Source: a virus (Duplodnaviria > Heunggongvirae > Uroviricota > Caudoviricetes). Taken from it: 49,982 nt of DNA. The stretch lies in IMG/VR virus record IMGVR_UViG_2588253749_000002. One strand, 5' to 3'. Positions 21,496 through 34,643 of the stretch are shown piece by piece. Numbering within the stretch: position 1 is the first letter of the stretch; each line of letters starts with the position of its first letter. The notes under the pieces are model-generated. The model ran no database searches, had not been told where the DNA came from, and worked only from the letters and a program-made list of their open reading frames with translations. The position numbers and the translations under genes were made by a program.

Positions 21496-21845
21496 TCGAT
21501 GGTTTAATTTAAATTAACTAAAAATAACGCCGGAAATTATTTGTTGGTTATTTGTTGAGGTTTTCTTATGTATTTGTGGTGGTGTTTTGAACACTCGGTA
21601 GCATTCTCATAAATATCATTCAGTGGTTTACGTACGTAAAAAATTGGTTATGCTGTTAAGAGTGGTTACTTCGTCACACAGCTTAAACCCGCCGTCGAGC
21701 TGGTTTTTCCATTTTTTGAGTCTCGATATTAGCTGATAACTCAATACCTGAGTTATTCACTGACTCCGAGTCTGTTACGTTTCTGCTTTTTTGCGATACG
21801 TTGTATTCCCTCAATTTACACCCGCTTTGTCTGCGAGGTGGGGTT

Positions 21846-22061
21846 ATGAAATCCATGGATAAGTTAACAACGGGTGTCGCCTATGGCACCTCAGCAGGTA
21901 GTGCCGGTTACTGGTTTTTACAGCTGCTCGATAAAGTCACGCCCTCACAGTGGGCAGCAATAGGTGTGCTGGGTAGCCTGGTATTTGGCCTGCTGACGTA
22001 CCTGACAAACCTTTATTTCAAGATTAAAGAAGATAAGCGCAAGGCTGCGAGAGGTGAATAA
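21846..22061 (+). CDS. essD: Holin, S21 pinholin type, dual-start motif
   Basis: 71 aa from [24 protein letters not shown]...; Met1 and Met4 give a possible holin/antiholin pair. Confidence 0.85.
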
Positions 22062-22558
22062 TGCCTCCATCATTACGAAAAGCCGTTGCTGCTGCTATTG
22101 GTGGCGGAGCAATTGCTATAGCATCAGTGTTAATCACTGGCCCAAGTGGTAACGATGGTCTGGAAGGTGTCAGCTACATACCATACAAAGATATTGTTGG
22201 TGTATGGACCGTATGTCACGGGCATACAGGAAAAGACATCATGCTCGGTAAAACGTATACCAAAGCAGAATGCAAAGCACTCTTGAATAAAGACCTTGCC
22301 ACTGTCGCCAGACAAATTAACCCATACATCGAAGTCGATATACCGGAAACAACGCGCGGCGCTCTTTACTCATTCGTTTACAACGTAGGTGCTGGCAATT
22401 TCAGAACATCGACGCTTCTTCGCAAAATAAACCAGGGCGATATCAAAGGCGCATGTGATCAGTTACGTCGCTGGACATATGCTGGCGGTAAGCAATGGAA
22501 AGGTCTCATGACTCGTCGTGAGATTGAGCGTGAAATCTGTTTGTGGGGTCAGCAATGA
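22061..22558 (+). CDS. rrrD: SAR endolysin (T4-lysozyme-like)
   Basis: 165 aa; N-terminal Gly/Ala-rich signal-anchor segment ([20 protein letters not shown]) then lysozyme core. Confidence 0.9.
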   Translation: MPPSLRKAVAAAIGGGAIAIASVLITGPSGNDGLEGVSYIPYKDIVGVWTVCHGHTGKDIMLGKTYTKAECKALLNKDLATVARQINPYIEVDIPETTRGALYSFVYNVGAGNFRTSTLLRKINQGDIKGACDQLRRWTYAGGKQWKGLMTRREIEREICLWGQQ

Positions 22559-23016
22559 ACAGAGTAACCGCGATTATCTCCGCTCTGGTTATCTGCATCA
22601 TCGTCTGCCTGTCATGGGCTGTTAATCATTACCGTGATAACGCCATTACCTATAAAGCCCAGCGCGACAAAAATGCCAAAGAACTGAAGCTGGCGAACGC
22701 GGCAATTACTGACATGCAGATGCGTCAGCGTGATGTTGCTGCGCTCGATGCAAAATACACGAAGGAGTTAGCTGATGCGAAAGCTGAAAATGATGCTCTG
22801 CGTGATGATGTTGCCGCTGGTCGTCGTCGGTTGCACATCAAAGCAGTCTGTCAGTCAGTGCGTGAAGCCACCACCGCCTCCGGCGTGGATAATGCAGCCT
22901 CCCCCCGACTGGCAGACACCGCTGAACAGGATTATTTCACCCTCAGAGAGAGGCTGATCACTATGCAAAAACAACTGGAAGGAACCCAGAAGTATATTAA
23001 TGAGCAGTGCAGATAG
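22555..23016 (+). CDS. rzpD: Spanin inner-membrane subunit Rz
   Basis: 153 aa from [21 protein letters not shown]...; coiled coil. Confidence 0.85.
   Translation: MNRVTAIISALVICIIVCLSWAVNHYRDNAITYKAQRDKNAKELKLANAAITDMQMRQRDVAALDAKYTKELADAKAENDALRDDVAAGRRRLHIKAVCQSVREATTASGVDNAASPRLADTAEQDYFTLRERLITMQKQLEGTQKYINEQCR
22775..22957 (+). CDS. rzoD: Spanin outer-membrane lipoprotein Rz1, embedded in Rz
   Basis: 60-aa ORF in the +1 frame of Rz; lipobox LVVVGC; Pro-rich. Confidence 0.8.
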   Translation: MRKLKMMLCVMMLPLVVVGCTSKQSVSQCVKPPPPPAWIMQPPPDWQTPLNRIISPSERG

Positions 23017-23047
23017 AGCTGCCCATATCGATGGGCAACTCATGCAA

Positions 23048-23341
23048 TTATTGTGAGCAATACACACGCGCTTCCAGCGGAGTATAAATGCCTAAAGTAA
23101 TAAAACCGAGCAATCCATTTACGAATGTTTGCTGGGTTTCTGTTTTAACAACATTTTCTGCGCCGCCACAAATTTTGGCTGCATCAACAGTTTTCTCCTG
23201 TCCAATTCCCGAAACGAAGAAGTGATGGGTGATGGTTTCCTTTGGTGTTACTGCTGTCGGTTTGTTTCCAACAGTAAACGTCTGTTGAGCACATCCTGTA
23301 ATAAGCATTGCCAGAGCGGCAGAAAACAACATTTTTTTCAT
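23048..23341 (-). CDS. borD: Bor lipoprotein (serum-resistance family)
   Basis: 97 aa from MKKMLFSAALAMLITGCAQ... (lipobox). Confidence 0.9.
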   Translation of the reverse strand: MKKMLFSAALAMLITGCAQQTFTVGNKPTAVTPKETITHHFFVSGIGQEKTVDAAKICGGAENVVKTETQQTFVNGLLGFITLGIYTPLEARVYCSQ

Positions 23342-23701
23342 CTTATTATCCTGCATTGTTAAAAACGGCAGAATCCTATGTGACAACAATTAAACGATAG
23401 TTAAATGGATTGATGAAAATTAAAACTATATAGGTGGATGCTCAGCCTATTGGAGGAGGGGGGGCACTCAGAATCCTGTGGAATGAAATAAACCGCTCTA
23501 TCTGTCCATTACCCTTTTAGCTGCGCTGTATCGTCGCCGTATTCCCGCATTAACCATGACCGTAGCCCGACGGGGAATTCCTTCTGCGTGAGTGTGCGGG
23601 AATAATCAAAAACGATGCACACCGGGTTTTACTGTGCTGACAGACGCAGGGTTACCCTCATAGTCGCTTTTCCGGTGCGATGGTGGAAGAAACCGGGATG
23701 T

Positions 23702-23896
23702 TCATCCATCATCACTTTGGATTGATGTATATGCTCTCTTTTCTGACGTTAGTCTCCGACGGCAGGCTTCAATGACCCAGGCTGAGAAATTCCCAGACCC
23801 TTTTTGCTCAAGAGCGATGTTAATTTGTTCAATCATTTGGTTAGGAAAGCGGATGTTGCGGGTTGTTGTTCTGCGGGTTCTGTTCTTCGTTGACAT
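23702..23896 (-). CDS. Small ribbon-helix-helix-like protein (YlcI/DUF3950-like, tentative)
   Basis: 64-aa ORF; N-terminal basic stretch then RHH-like segment. Confidence 0.5.
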   Translation of the reverse strand: MSTKNRTRRTTTRNIRFPNQMIEQINIALEQKGSGNFSAWVIEACRRRLTSEKRAYTSIQSDDG

Positions 23897-24095
23897 GAGG
23901 TTGCCCCGTATTCAGTGTCGCTGATTTGTATTGTCTGAAGTTGTTTTTACGTTAAGTTGATGCAGATCAATTAATACGATACCTGCGTCATAATTGATTA
24001 TTTGACGTGGTTTGATGGCGTAGATGCACGTTGTGACATGTAGATGATAATTATTATCATTTTGCGGGTCCTTTCCGGCGATCCGACAGGTTACG

Positions 24096-24284
24096 GGGCG
24101 GCGACCTCGCGGGTTTTCGCTATTTATGAAAATTTTCCGGTTTAAGGCGTTTCCGTTCTTCTTCGTCGTAACTTAATGTTTTTATTTAAAATACCCCCTG
24201 AAAAGAAAGGAAACGACAGGTGCTGAAAACGAACTTTTGGGCCTTTGTCGTTTCCTTTCTCTGTTTTTGGCCGTGGAATGAACA
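24096..24284. other. cos: cos site (cosN 12-nt cohesive end GGGCGGCGACCT at about 24096-24107, followed by cosB)
   Basis: Sequence GGGCGGCGACCTCGCGGGTTTTCGCTATTTATGAAAATTTTCCGG... is collinear with the lambda left end and sits about 190 nt before the Nu1 ATG; coordinates +/-2. Confidence 0.75.
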
Positions 24285-24804
24285 ATGGAAGTCAACAAAA
24301 AGCAGCTGGCTGACATTTTCGGTGCGAGTATCCGTACCATTCAGAACTGGCAGGAACAGGGAATGCCCGTTCTGCGAGGCGGTGGCAAGGGTAATGAGGT
24401 GCTTTATGACTCTGCCGCCGTCATAAAATGGTATGCCGAAAGGGATGCTGAAATTGAGAACGAAAAGCTGCGCCGGGAGGTTGAAGAACTGCGGCAGGCC
24501 AGCGAGGCAGATCTCCAGCCAGGAACTATTGAGTACGAACGCCATCGACTTACGCGTGCGCAGGCCGACGCACAGGAACTGAAGAATGCCAGAGACTCCG
24601 CTGAAGTGGTGGAAACCGCATTCTGTACTTTCGTGTTGTCGCGGATCGCAGGTGAAATTGCCAGTATTCTCGACGGGCTCCCCCTGTCGGTGCAGCGGCG
24701 TTTTCCGGAACTGGAAAACCGACATGTTGATTTCCTGAAACGGGATATCATCAAAGCCATGAACAAAGCAGCCGCGCTGGATGAACTGATACCGGGGTTG
24801 CTGA

Positions 24805-24830
<26 letters not shown>
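24285..24830 (+). CDS. nu1: Terminase small subunit Nu1
   Basis: 181-aa ORF near-identical to lambda Nu1. Confidence 0.95.
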
Positions 24831-28511
<3,681 letters not shown>

Positions 28512-28531
<20 letters not shown>

Positions 28532-29831
28532 TCTCCCGCATATTGCCAGCATGGCCTTTAATGAGCCGCTGATGCTTGAACCCGCCTATGCGCGGGTTTT
28601 CTTTTGTGCGCTTGCAGGCCAGCTTGGGATCAGCCGCCTGACGGATGCGGTGTCCGGCGACAGCCTGACTGCCCAGGAGGCACTCGCGACGCTGGCATTA
28701 TCCGGTGATGATGACGGACCACGACAGGCCCGCAGTTATCAGGTCATGAACGGCATCGCCGTGCTGCCGGTGTCCGGCACGCTGGTCAGCCGGACGCGGG
28801 CGCTGCAGCCGTACTCGGGGATGACCGGTTACAACGGCATTATCGCCCGTCTGCAACAGGCTGCCAGCGATCCGATGGTGGACGGCATTCTGCTCGATAT
28901 GGACACGCCCGGCGGGATGGTGGCGGGGGCATTTGACTGCGCTGACATCATCGCCCGTGTGCGTGACATAAAACCGGTATGGGCGCTTGCCAACGACATG
29001 AACTGCAGTGCAGGTCAGTTGCTTGCCAGTGCCGCCTCCCGGCGTCTGGTCACGCAGACCGCCCGGACAGGCTCCATCGGCGTCATGATGGCTCACAGTA
29101 ATTACGGTGCTGCGCTGGAGAAACAGGGTGTGGAAATCACGCTGATTTACAGCGGCAGCCATAAGGTGGATGGCAACCCCTACAGCCATCTTCCGGATGA
29201 CGTCCGGGAGACACTGCAGTCCCGGATGGACGCAACCCGCCGGATGTTTGCGCAGAAGGTGTCGGCATATACCGGCCTGTCCGTGCAGGCTGTGCTGGAT
29301 ACCGAGGCTGCAGTGTACAGCGGTCAGGAGGCCATTGATGCCGGACTGGCTGATGAACTTGTTAACAGCACCGATGCGATCACCGTCATGCGTGATGCAC
29401 TGGATGCACGTAAATCCCGTCTCTCAGGAGGGCGAATGACCAAAGAGACTCAATCAACAACTGTTTCAGCCACTGCTTCGCAGGCTGACGTTACTGACGT
29501 GGTGCCAGCGACGGAGGGCGAGAACGCCAGCGCGGCGCAGCCGGACGTGAACGCGCAGATCACCGCAGCGGTTGCGGCAGAAAACAGCCGCATTATGGGG
29601 ATCCTCAACTGTGAGGAGGCTCACGGACGCGAAGAACAGGCACGCGTGCTGGCAGAAACCCCCGGTATGACCGTGAAAACGGCCCGCCGCATTCTGGCCG
29701 CAGCACCACAGAGTGCACAGGCGCGCAGTGACACTGCGCTGGATCGTCTGATGCAGGGGGCACCGGCACCGCTGGCTGCAGGTAACCCGGCATCTGATGC
29801 CGTTAACGATTTGCTGAACACACCAGTGTAA
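28512..29831 (+). CDS. C: Head maturation protease / minor capsid protein C
   Basis: Track ORF 28377-29831; lambda-equivalent GTG start gives 439 aa (VTAELRNLPHIASMAFNEP...). Confidence 0.9.
29436..29831 (+). CDS. nu3: Scaffold protein Nu3 (in-frame C-terminal product of C)
   Basis: Internal ATG (MTKETQSTTV...) gives 131 aa co-terminal with C, as in lambda. Confidence 0.6.
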   Translation: MTKETQSTTVSATASQADVTDVVPATEGENASAAQPDVNAQITAAVAAENSRIMGILNCEEAHGREEQARVLAETPGMTVKTARRILAAAPQSAQARSDTALDRLMQGAPAPLAAGNPASDAVNDLLNTPV

Positions 29832-29840
29832 GGGATGTTT

Positions 29841-30173
29841 ATGACGAGCAAAGAAACCTTTACCCATTACCAGCCGCAGGGCAACAGTGACCCGGCTCAT
29901 ACCGCAACCGCGCCCGGCGGATTGAGTGCGAAAGCGCCTGCAATGACCCCGCTGATGCTGGACACCTCCAGCCGTAAGCTGGTTGCGTGGGATGGCACCA
30001 CCGACGGTGCTGCCGTTGGCATTCTTGCGGTTGCTGCTGACCAGACCAGCACCACGCTGACGTTCTACAAGTCCGGCACGTTCCGTTATGAGGATGTGCT
30101 CTGGCCGGAGGCTGCCAGCGACGAGACGAAAAAACGGACCGCGTTTGCCGGAACGGCAATCAGCATCGTTTAA
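29841..30173 (+). CDS. D: Capsid decoration protein D
   Basis: 110 aa matching lambda gpD. Confidence 0.9.
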
Positions 30174-30228
30174 CTTTACCCTTCATCACTAAAGGCCGCC
30201 TGTGCGGCTTTTTTTACGGGATTTTTTT

Positions 30229-31254
30229 ATGTCGATGTACACAACCGCCCAACTGCTGGCGGCAAATGAGCAGAAATTTAAGTTTGATCCGCTGTTTCTG
30301 CGTCTCTTTTTCCGTGAGAGCTATCCCTTCACCACGGAGAAAGTCTATCTCTCACAAATTCCGGGACTGGTAAACATGGCGCTGTACGTTTCGCCGATTG
30401 TTTCCGGTGAGGTTATCCGTTCCCGTGGCGGCTCCACCTCTGAATTTACGCCGGGATATGTCAAGCCGAAGCATGAAGTGAATCCGCAGATGACCCTGCG
30501 TCGCCTGCCGGATGAAGATCCGCAGAATCTGGCGGACCCGGCTTACCGCCGCCGTCGCATCATCATGCAGAACATGCGTGACGAAGAGCTGGCTATTGCT
30601 CAGGTCGAAGAGATGCAGGCAGTTTCTGCCGTGCTTAAGGGCAAATACACCATGACCGGTGAAGCCTTCGATCCGGTTGAGGTGGATATGGGCCGCAGTG
30701 AGGAGAATAACATCACGCAGTCCGGCGGCACGGAGTGGAGCAAGCGTGACAAGTCCACGTATGACCCGACCGACGATATCGAAGCCTACACGCTGAACGC
30801 CAGCGGTGTGGTGAATATCATCGTGTTCGATCCGAAAGGCTGGGCGCTGTTCCGTTCCTTCAAAGCCGTCAAGGAGAAGCTGGATACCCGTCGTGGCTCT
30901 AATTCCGAGCTGGAGACAGCGGTGAAAGACCTGGGTAAAGCGGTGTCCTATAAGGGGATGTATGGCGATGTGGCCATCGTCGTGTATTCCGGACAGTACG
31001 TGGAAAACGGCGTCAAAAAGAACTTCCTGCCGGACAACACGATGGTGCTGGGGAACACTCAGGCACGCGGTCTGCGCACCTATGGCTGCATTCAGGATGC
31101 GGACGCACAGCGCGAAGGCATTAACGCCTCTGCCCGTTACCCGAAAAACTGGGTGACCACCGGCGATCCGGCGCGTGAGTTCACCATGATTCAGTCAGCA
31201 CCGCTGATGCTGCTGGCTGACCCTGATGAGTTCGTGTCCGTACAACTGGCGTAA
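30229..31254 (+). CDS. E: Major capsid protein E
   Basis: 341 aa from MSMYTTAQLLAANEQKF... matching lambda gpE. Confidence 0.95.
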   Translation: MSMYTTAQLLAANEQKFKFDPLFLRLFFRESYPFTTEKVYLSQIPGLVNMALYVSPIVSGEVIRSRGGSTSEFTPGYVKPKHEVNPQMTLRRLPDEDPQNLADPAYRRRRIIMQNMRDEELAIAQVEEMQAVSAVLKGKYTMTGEAFDPVEVDMGRSEENNITQSGGTEWSKRDKSTYDPTDDIEAYTLNASGVVNIIVFDPKGWALFRSFKAVKEKLDTRRGSNSELETAVKDLGKAVSYKGMYGDVAIVVYSGQYVENGVKKNFLPDNTMVLGNTQARGLRTYGCIQDADAQREGINASARYPKNWVTTGDPAREFTMIQSAPLMLLADPDEFVSVQLA

Positions 31255-31295
31255 TCATGGCCCTTCGGGGCCATTGTTTCTCTGTGGAGGAGTCC

Positions 31296-31694
31296 ATGAC
31301 GAAAGATGAACTGATTGCCCGTCTCCGCTCGCTGGGTGAACAACTGAACCGTGATGTCAGCCTGACGGGGACGAAAGAAGAACTGGCGCTCCGTGTGGCA
31401 GAGCTGGAAGAGGAGCTTGATGACACGGATGAAACTGCCGGTCAGGACACCCCTCTCAGCCGGGAAAATGTGCTGACCGGACATGAAAATGAGGTGGGAT
31501 CAGCGCAGCCGGATACCGTGATTCTGGATACGTCTGAACTGGTCACGGTCGTGGCACTGGTGAAGCTGCATACTGATGCACTTCACGCCACGCGGGATGA
31601 ACCTGTGGCATTTGTGCTGCCGGGAACGGCGTTTCGTGTCTCTGCCGGTGTGGCAGCCGAAATGACAGAGCGCGGCCTGGCCAGAATGCAATAA
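31296..31694 (+). CDS. FI: DNA-packaging protein FI
   Basis: 132 aa from MTKDELIARLRSLGEQ... Confidence 0.85.
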   Translation: MTKDELIARLRSLGEQLNRDVSLTGTKEELALRVAELEEELDDTDETAGQDTPLSRENVLTGHENEVGSAQPDTVILDTSELVTVVALVKLHTDALHATRDEPVAFVLPGTAFRVSAGVAAEMTERGLARMQ

Positions 31695-31705
31695 CGGGAG
31701 GCGCT

Positions 31706-32059
31706 GTGGCTGATTCCGATAACCTGTTCGATGCTGCCATTGCCCGCGCCGATGAAACGATACGCGGGTACATGGGAACGTCAGCCACCATGACATCCGG
31801 TGAGCTGTCCGGTGCTGTGATACGTGGTGTTTTTGATGACCCTGAAAATATCAGCTATGCCGGACAGGGGGTGCGCGTTGAAGGCTCCAGCCCGTCCCTG
31901 TTTGTCCGGACTGATGATGTGCGGCAGCTGCGGCGTGGAGACACACTGACCATCGGCGAGGAAAACTTCTGGGTGGACCGGATTTCGCCGGATGATGGCG
32001 GAAGCTGTCATCTCTGGCTTGGGCGTGGCGTGCCGCCTGCCGTTAACCGTCGCCGCTGA
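31706..32059 (+). CDS. FII: Head-tail connector FII
   Basis: 117-aa ORF matching lambda gpFII. Confidence 0.9.
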   Translation: MADSDNLFDAAIARADETIRGYMGTSATMTSGELSGAVIRGVFDDPENISYAGQGVRVEGSSPSLFVRTDDVRQLRRGDTLTIGEENFWVDRISPDDGGSCHLWLGRGVPPAVNRRR

Positions 32060-32070
32060 AAGGGGGATGT

Positions 32071-32649
32071 ATGGCCATAAAAGGTCTTGAGCAGGCCGTT
32101 GAAAACCTCAGCCGTATCAGCAAAACGGCGGTGCCTGGTGCCGCCGCAATGGCCATTAACCGCGTTGCGTCATCCGCGATATCGCAGTCTGCGTCACAGG
32201 TTGCCCGTGAGACAAAGGTACGCCGGAAACTGGTAAAGGAAAGGGCCAGGCTGAAAAGGGCCACGGTCAAAAATCCGCAGGCCAGAATCAAAGTTAACCG
32301 GGGGGATTTGCCCGTAATCAAGCTGGGTAATGCGCGGGTTGTCCTTTCGCGCCGCAGGCGTCGTAAAAAGGGGCAGCGTTCATCCCTGAAAGGTGGCGGC
32401 AGCGTGCTTGTGGTGGGTAACCGTCGTATTCCCGGCGCGTTTATTCAGCAACTGAAAAATGGCCGGTGGCATGTCATGCAGCGTGTGGCCGGGAAAAACC
32501 GTTACCCCATTGATGTGGTGAAAATCCCGATGGCGGTGCCGCTGACCACGGCGTTTAAACAAAATATTGAGCGGATACGGCGTGAACGTCTTCCGAAAGA
32601 GCTGGGCTATGCGCTGCAGCATCAACTGAGGATGGTAATAAAGCGATGA
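32071..32649 (+). CDS. Z: Tail completion protein Z
   Basis: 192-aa ORF matching lambda gpZ. Confidence 0.9.
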   Translation: MAIKGLEQAVENLSRISKTAVPGAAAMAINRVASSAISQSASQVARETKVRRKLVKERARLKRATVKNPQARIKVNRGDLPVIKLGNARVVLSRRRRRKKGQRSSLKGGGSVLVVGNRRIPGAFIQQLKNGRWHVMQRVAGKNRYPIDVVKIPMAVPLTTAFKQNIERIRRERLPKELGYALQHQLRMVIKR

Positions 32650-33041
32650 AACATACTGAACTCCGTGCAGCCGTACTGGATGCACTGGAGAAGCATGACA
32701 CCGGGGCGACGTTTTTTGATGGTCGCCCCGCTGTTTTTGATGAGGCGGATTTTCCGGCAGTTGCCGTTTATCTCACCGGCGCTGAATACACGGGCGAAGA
32801 GCTGGACAGCGATACCTGGCAGGCGGAGCTGCATATCGAAGTTTTCCTGCCTGCTCAGGTGCCGGATTCAGAGCTGGATGCGTGGATGGAGTCCCGGATT
32901 TATCCGGTGATGAGCGATATCCCGGCACTGTCAGATTTGATCACCAGTATGGTGGCCAGCGGCTATGACTACCGGCGCGACGATGATGCGGGCCTGTGGA
33001 GTTCAGCCGATCTGACTTATGTCATTACCTATGAAATGTGA
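32646..33041 (+). CDS. U: Tail terminator protein U
   Basis: 131-aa ORF matching lambda gpU. Confidence 0.9.
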
Positions 33042-33048
33042 GGACGCT

Positions 33049-33789
33049 ATGCCTGTACCAAATCCTACAATGCCGGTGAAAGGTGCCGGGACCACCCTGT
33101 GGGTTTATAAGGGGAGCGGTGACCCTTATGCGAATCCGCTTTCAGACGTTGACTGGTCGCGTCTGGCAAAAGTTAAAGACCTGACGCCCGGCGAACTGAC
33201 CGCTGAGTCCTATGACGACAGCTATCTCGATGATGAAGATGCAGACTGGACTGCGACCGGGCAGGGGCAGAAATCTGCCGGAGATACCAGCTTCACGCTG
33301 GCGTGGATGCCCGGAGAGCAGGGGCAGCAGGCGCTGCTGGCGTGGTTTAATGAAGGCGATACCCGTGCCTATAAAATCCGCTTCCCGAACGGCACGGTCG
33401 ATGTGTTCCGTGGCTGGGTCAGCAGTATCGGTAAGGCGGTGACGGCGAAGGAAGTGATCACCCGCACGGTGAAAGTCACCAATGTGGGACGTCCGTCGAT
33501 GGCAGAAGATCGCAGCACGGTAACAGCGGCAACCGGCATGACCGTGACGCCTGCCAGCACCTCGGTGGTGAAAGGGCAGAGCACCACGCTGACCGTGGCC
33601 TTCCAGCCGGAGGGCGTAACCGACAAGAGCTTTCGTGCGGTGTCTGCGGATAAAACAAAAGCCACCGTGTCGGTCAGTGGTATGACCATCACCGTGAACG
33701 GCGTTGCTGCAGGCAAGGTCAACATTCCGGTTGTATCCGGTAATGGTGAGTTTGCTGCGGTTGCAGAAATTACCGTCACCGCCAGTTAA
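33049..33789 (+). CDS. V: Major tail tube protein V
   Basis: 246 aa from [22 protein letters not shown]...; C-terminal Ig-like region. Confidence 0.9.
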
Positions 33790-33804
33790 TCCGGAGAGTC
33801 AGCG

Positions 33805-34227
33805 ATGTTCCTGAAAACCGAATCATTTGAACATAACGGTGTGACCGTCACGCTTTCTGAACTGTCAGCCCTGCAGCGCATTGAGCATCTCGCCCTGATG
33901 AAACGGCAGGCAGAACAGGCGGAGTCAGACAGCAACCGGAAGTTTACTGTGGAAGACGCCATCAGAACCGGCGCGTTTCTGGTGGCGATGTCCCTGTGGC
34001 ATAACCATCCGCAGAAGACGCAGATGCCGTCCATGAATGAAGCCGTTAAACAGATTGAGCAGGAAGTGCTTACCACCTGGCCCACGGAGGCAATTTCTCA
34101 TGCTGAAAACGTGGTGTACCGGCTGTCCGGTATGTATGAGTTTGTGGTGAATAATGCCCCTGAACAGACAGAGGACGCCGGGCCCGCAGAGCCTGTTTCT
34201 GCGGGAAAGTGTTCGACGGTGAGCTGA
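33805..34227 (+). CDS. G: Tail assembly chaperone G
   Basis: 140-aa ORF matching lambda gpG. Confidence 0.9.
   Translation: MFLKTESFEHNGVTVTLSELSALQRIEHLALMKRQAEQAESDSNRKFTVEDAIRTGAFLVAMSLWHNHPQKTQMPSMNEAVKQIEQEVLTTWPTEAISHAENVVYRLSGMYEFVVNNAPEQTEDAGPAEPVSAGKCSTVS
34203..34209 (+). other. Programmed -1 ribosomal frameshift slippery heptamer G GGA AAG (G to G-T)
   Basis: GGGAAAG in the G frame, 6 codons before the G stop; the -1 frame opens the T ORF running to 34643. Confidence 0.75.
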
Positions 34228-34643
34228 GTTTTGCCCTGAAACTGGCGCGTGAGATGGGGCGACCCGACTGGCGTGCCATGCTTGCCGGGATGTCATCCAC
34301 GGAGTATGCCGACTGGCACCGCTTTTACAGTACCCATTATTTTCATGATGTTCTGCTGGATATGCACTTTTCCGGGCTGACGTACACCGTGCTCAGCCTG
34401 TTTTTCAGCGATCCGGATATGCATCCGCTGGATTTCAGTCTGCTGAACCGGCGCGAGGCTGACGAAGAGCCTGAAGATGATGTGCTGATGCAGAAAGCGG
34501 CAGGGCTTGCCGGAGGTGTCCGCTTTGGCCCGGACGGGAATGAAGTTATCCCCGCTTCCCCGGATGTGGCGGACATGACGGAGGATGACGTAATGCTGAT
34601 GACAGTATCAGAAGGGATCGCAGGAGGAGTCCGGTATGGCTGA
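34209..34643 (+). CDS. T: Tail assembly protein T (made as G-T fusion by -1 frameshift)
   Basis: 144-aa ORF in the -1 frame relative to G, overlapping the G 3' end. Confidence 0.8.
   Translation: MFDGELSFALKLAREMGRPDWRAMLAGMSSTEYADWHRFYSTHYFHDVLLDMHFSGLTYTVLSLFFSDPDMHPLDFSLLNRREADEEPEDDVLMQKAAGLAGGVRFGPDGNEVIPASPDVADMTEDDVMLMTVSEGIAGGVRYG

Noticed and set aside
24186-24725. 179-aa minus-strand ORF overlapping Nu1 and the cos region
   Set aside because: Antisense to the conserved Nu1 gene and spanning cos; no start-site signals.
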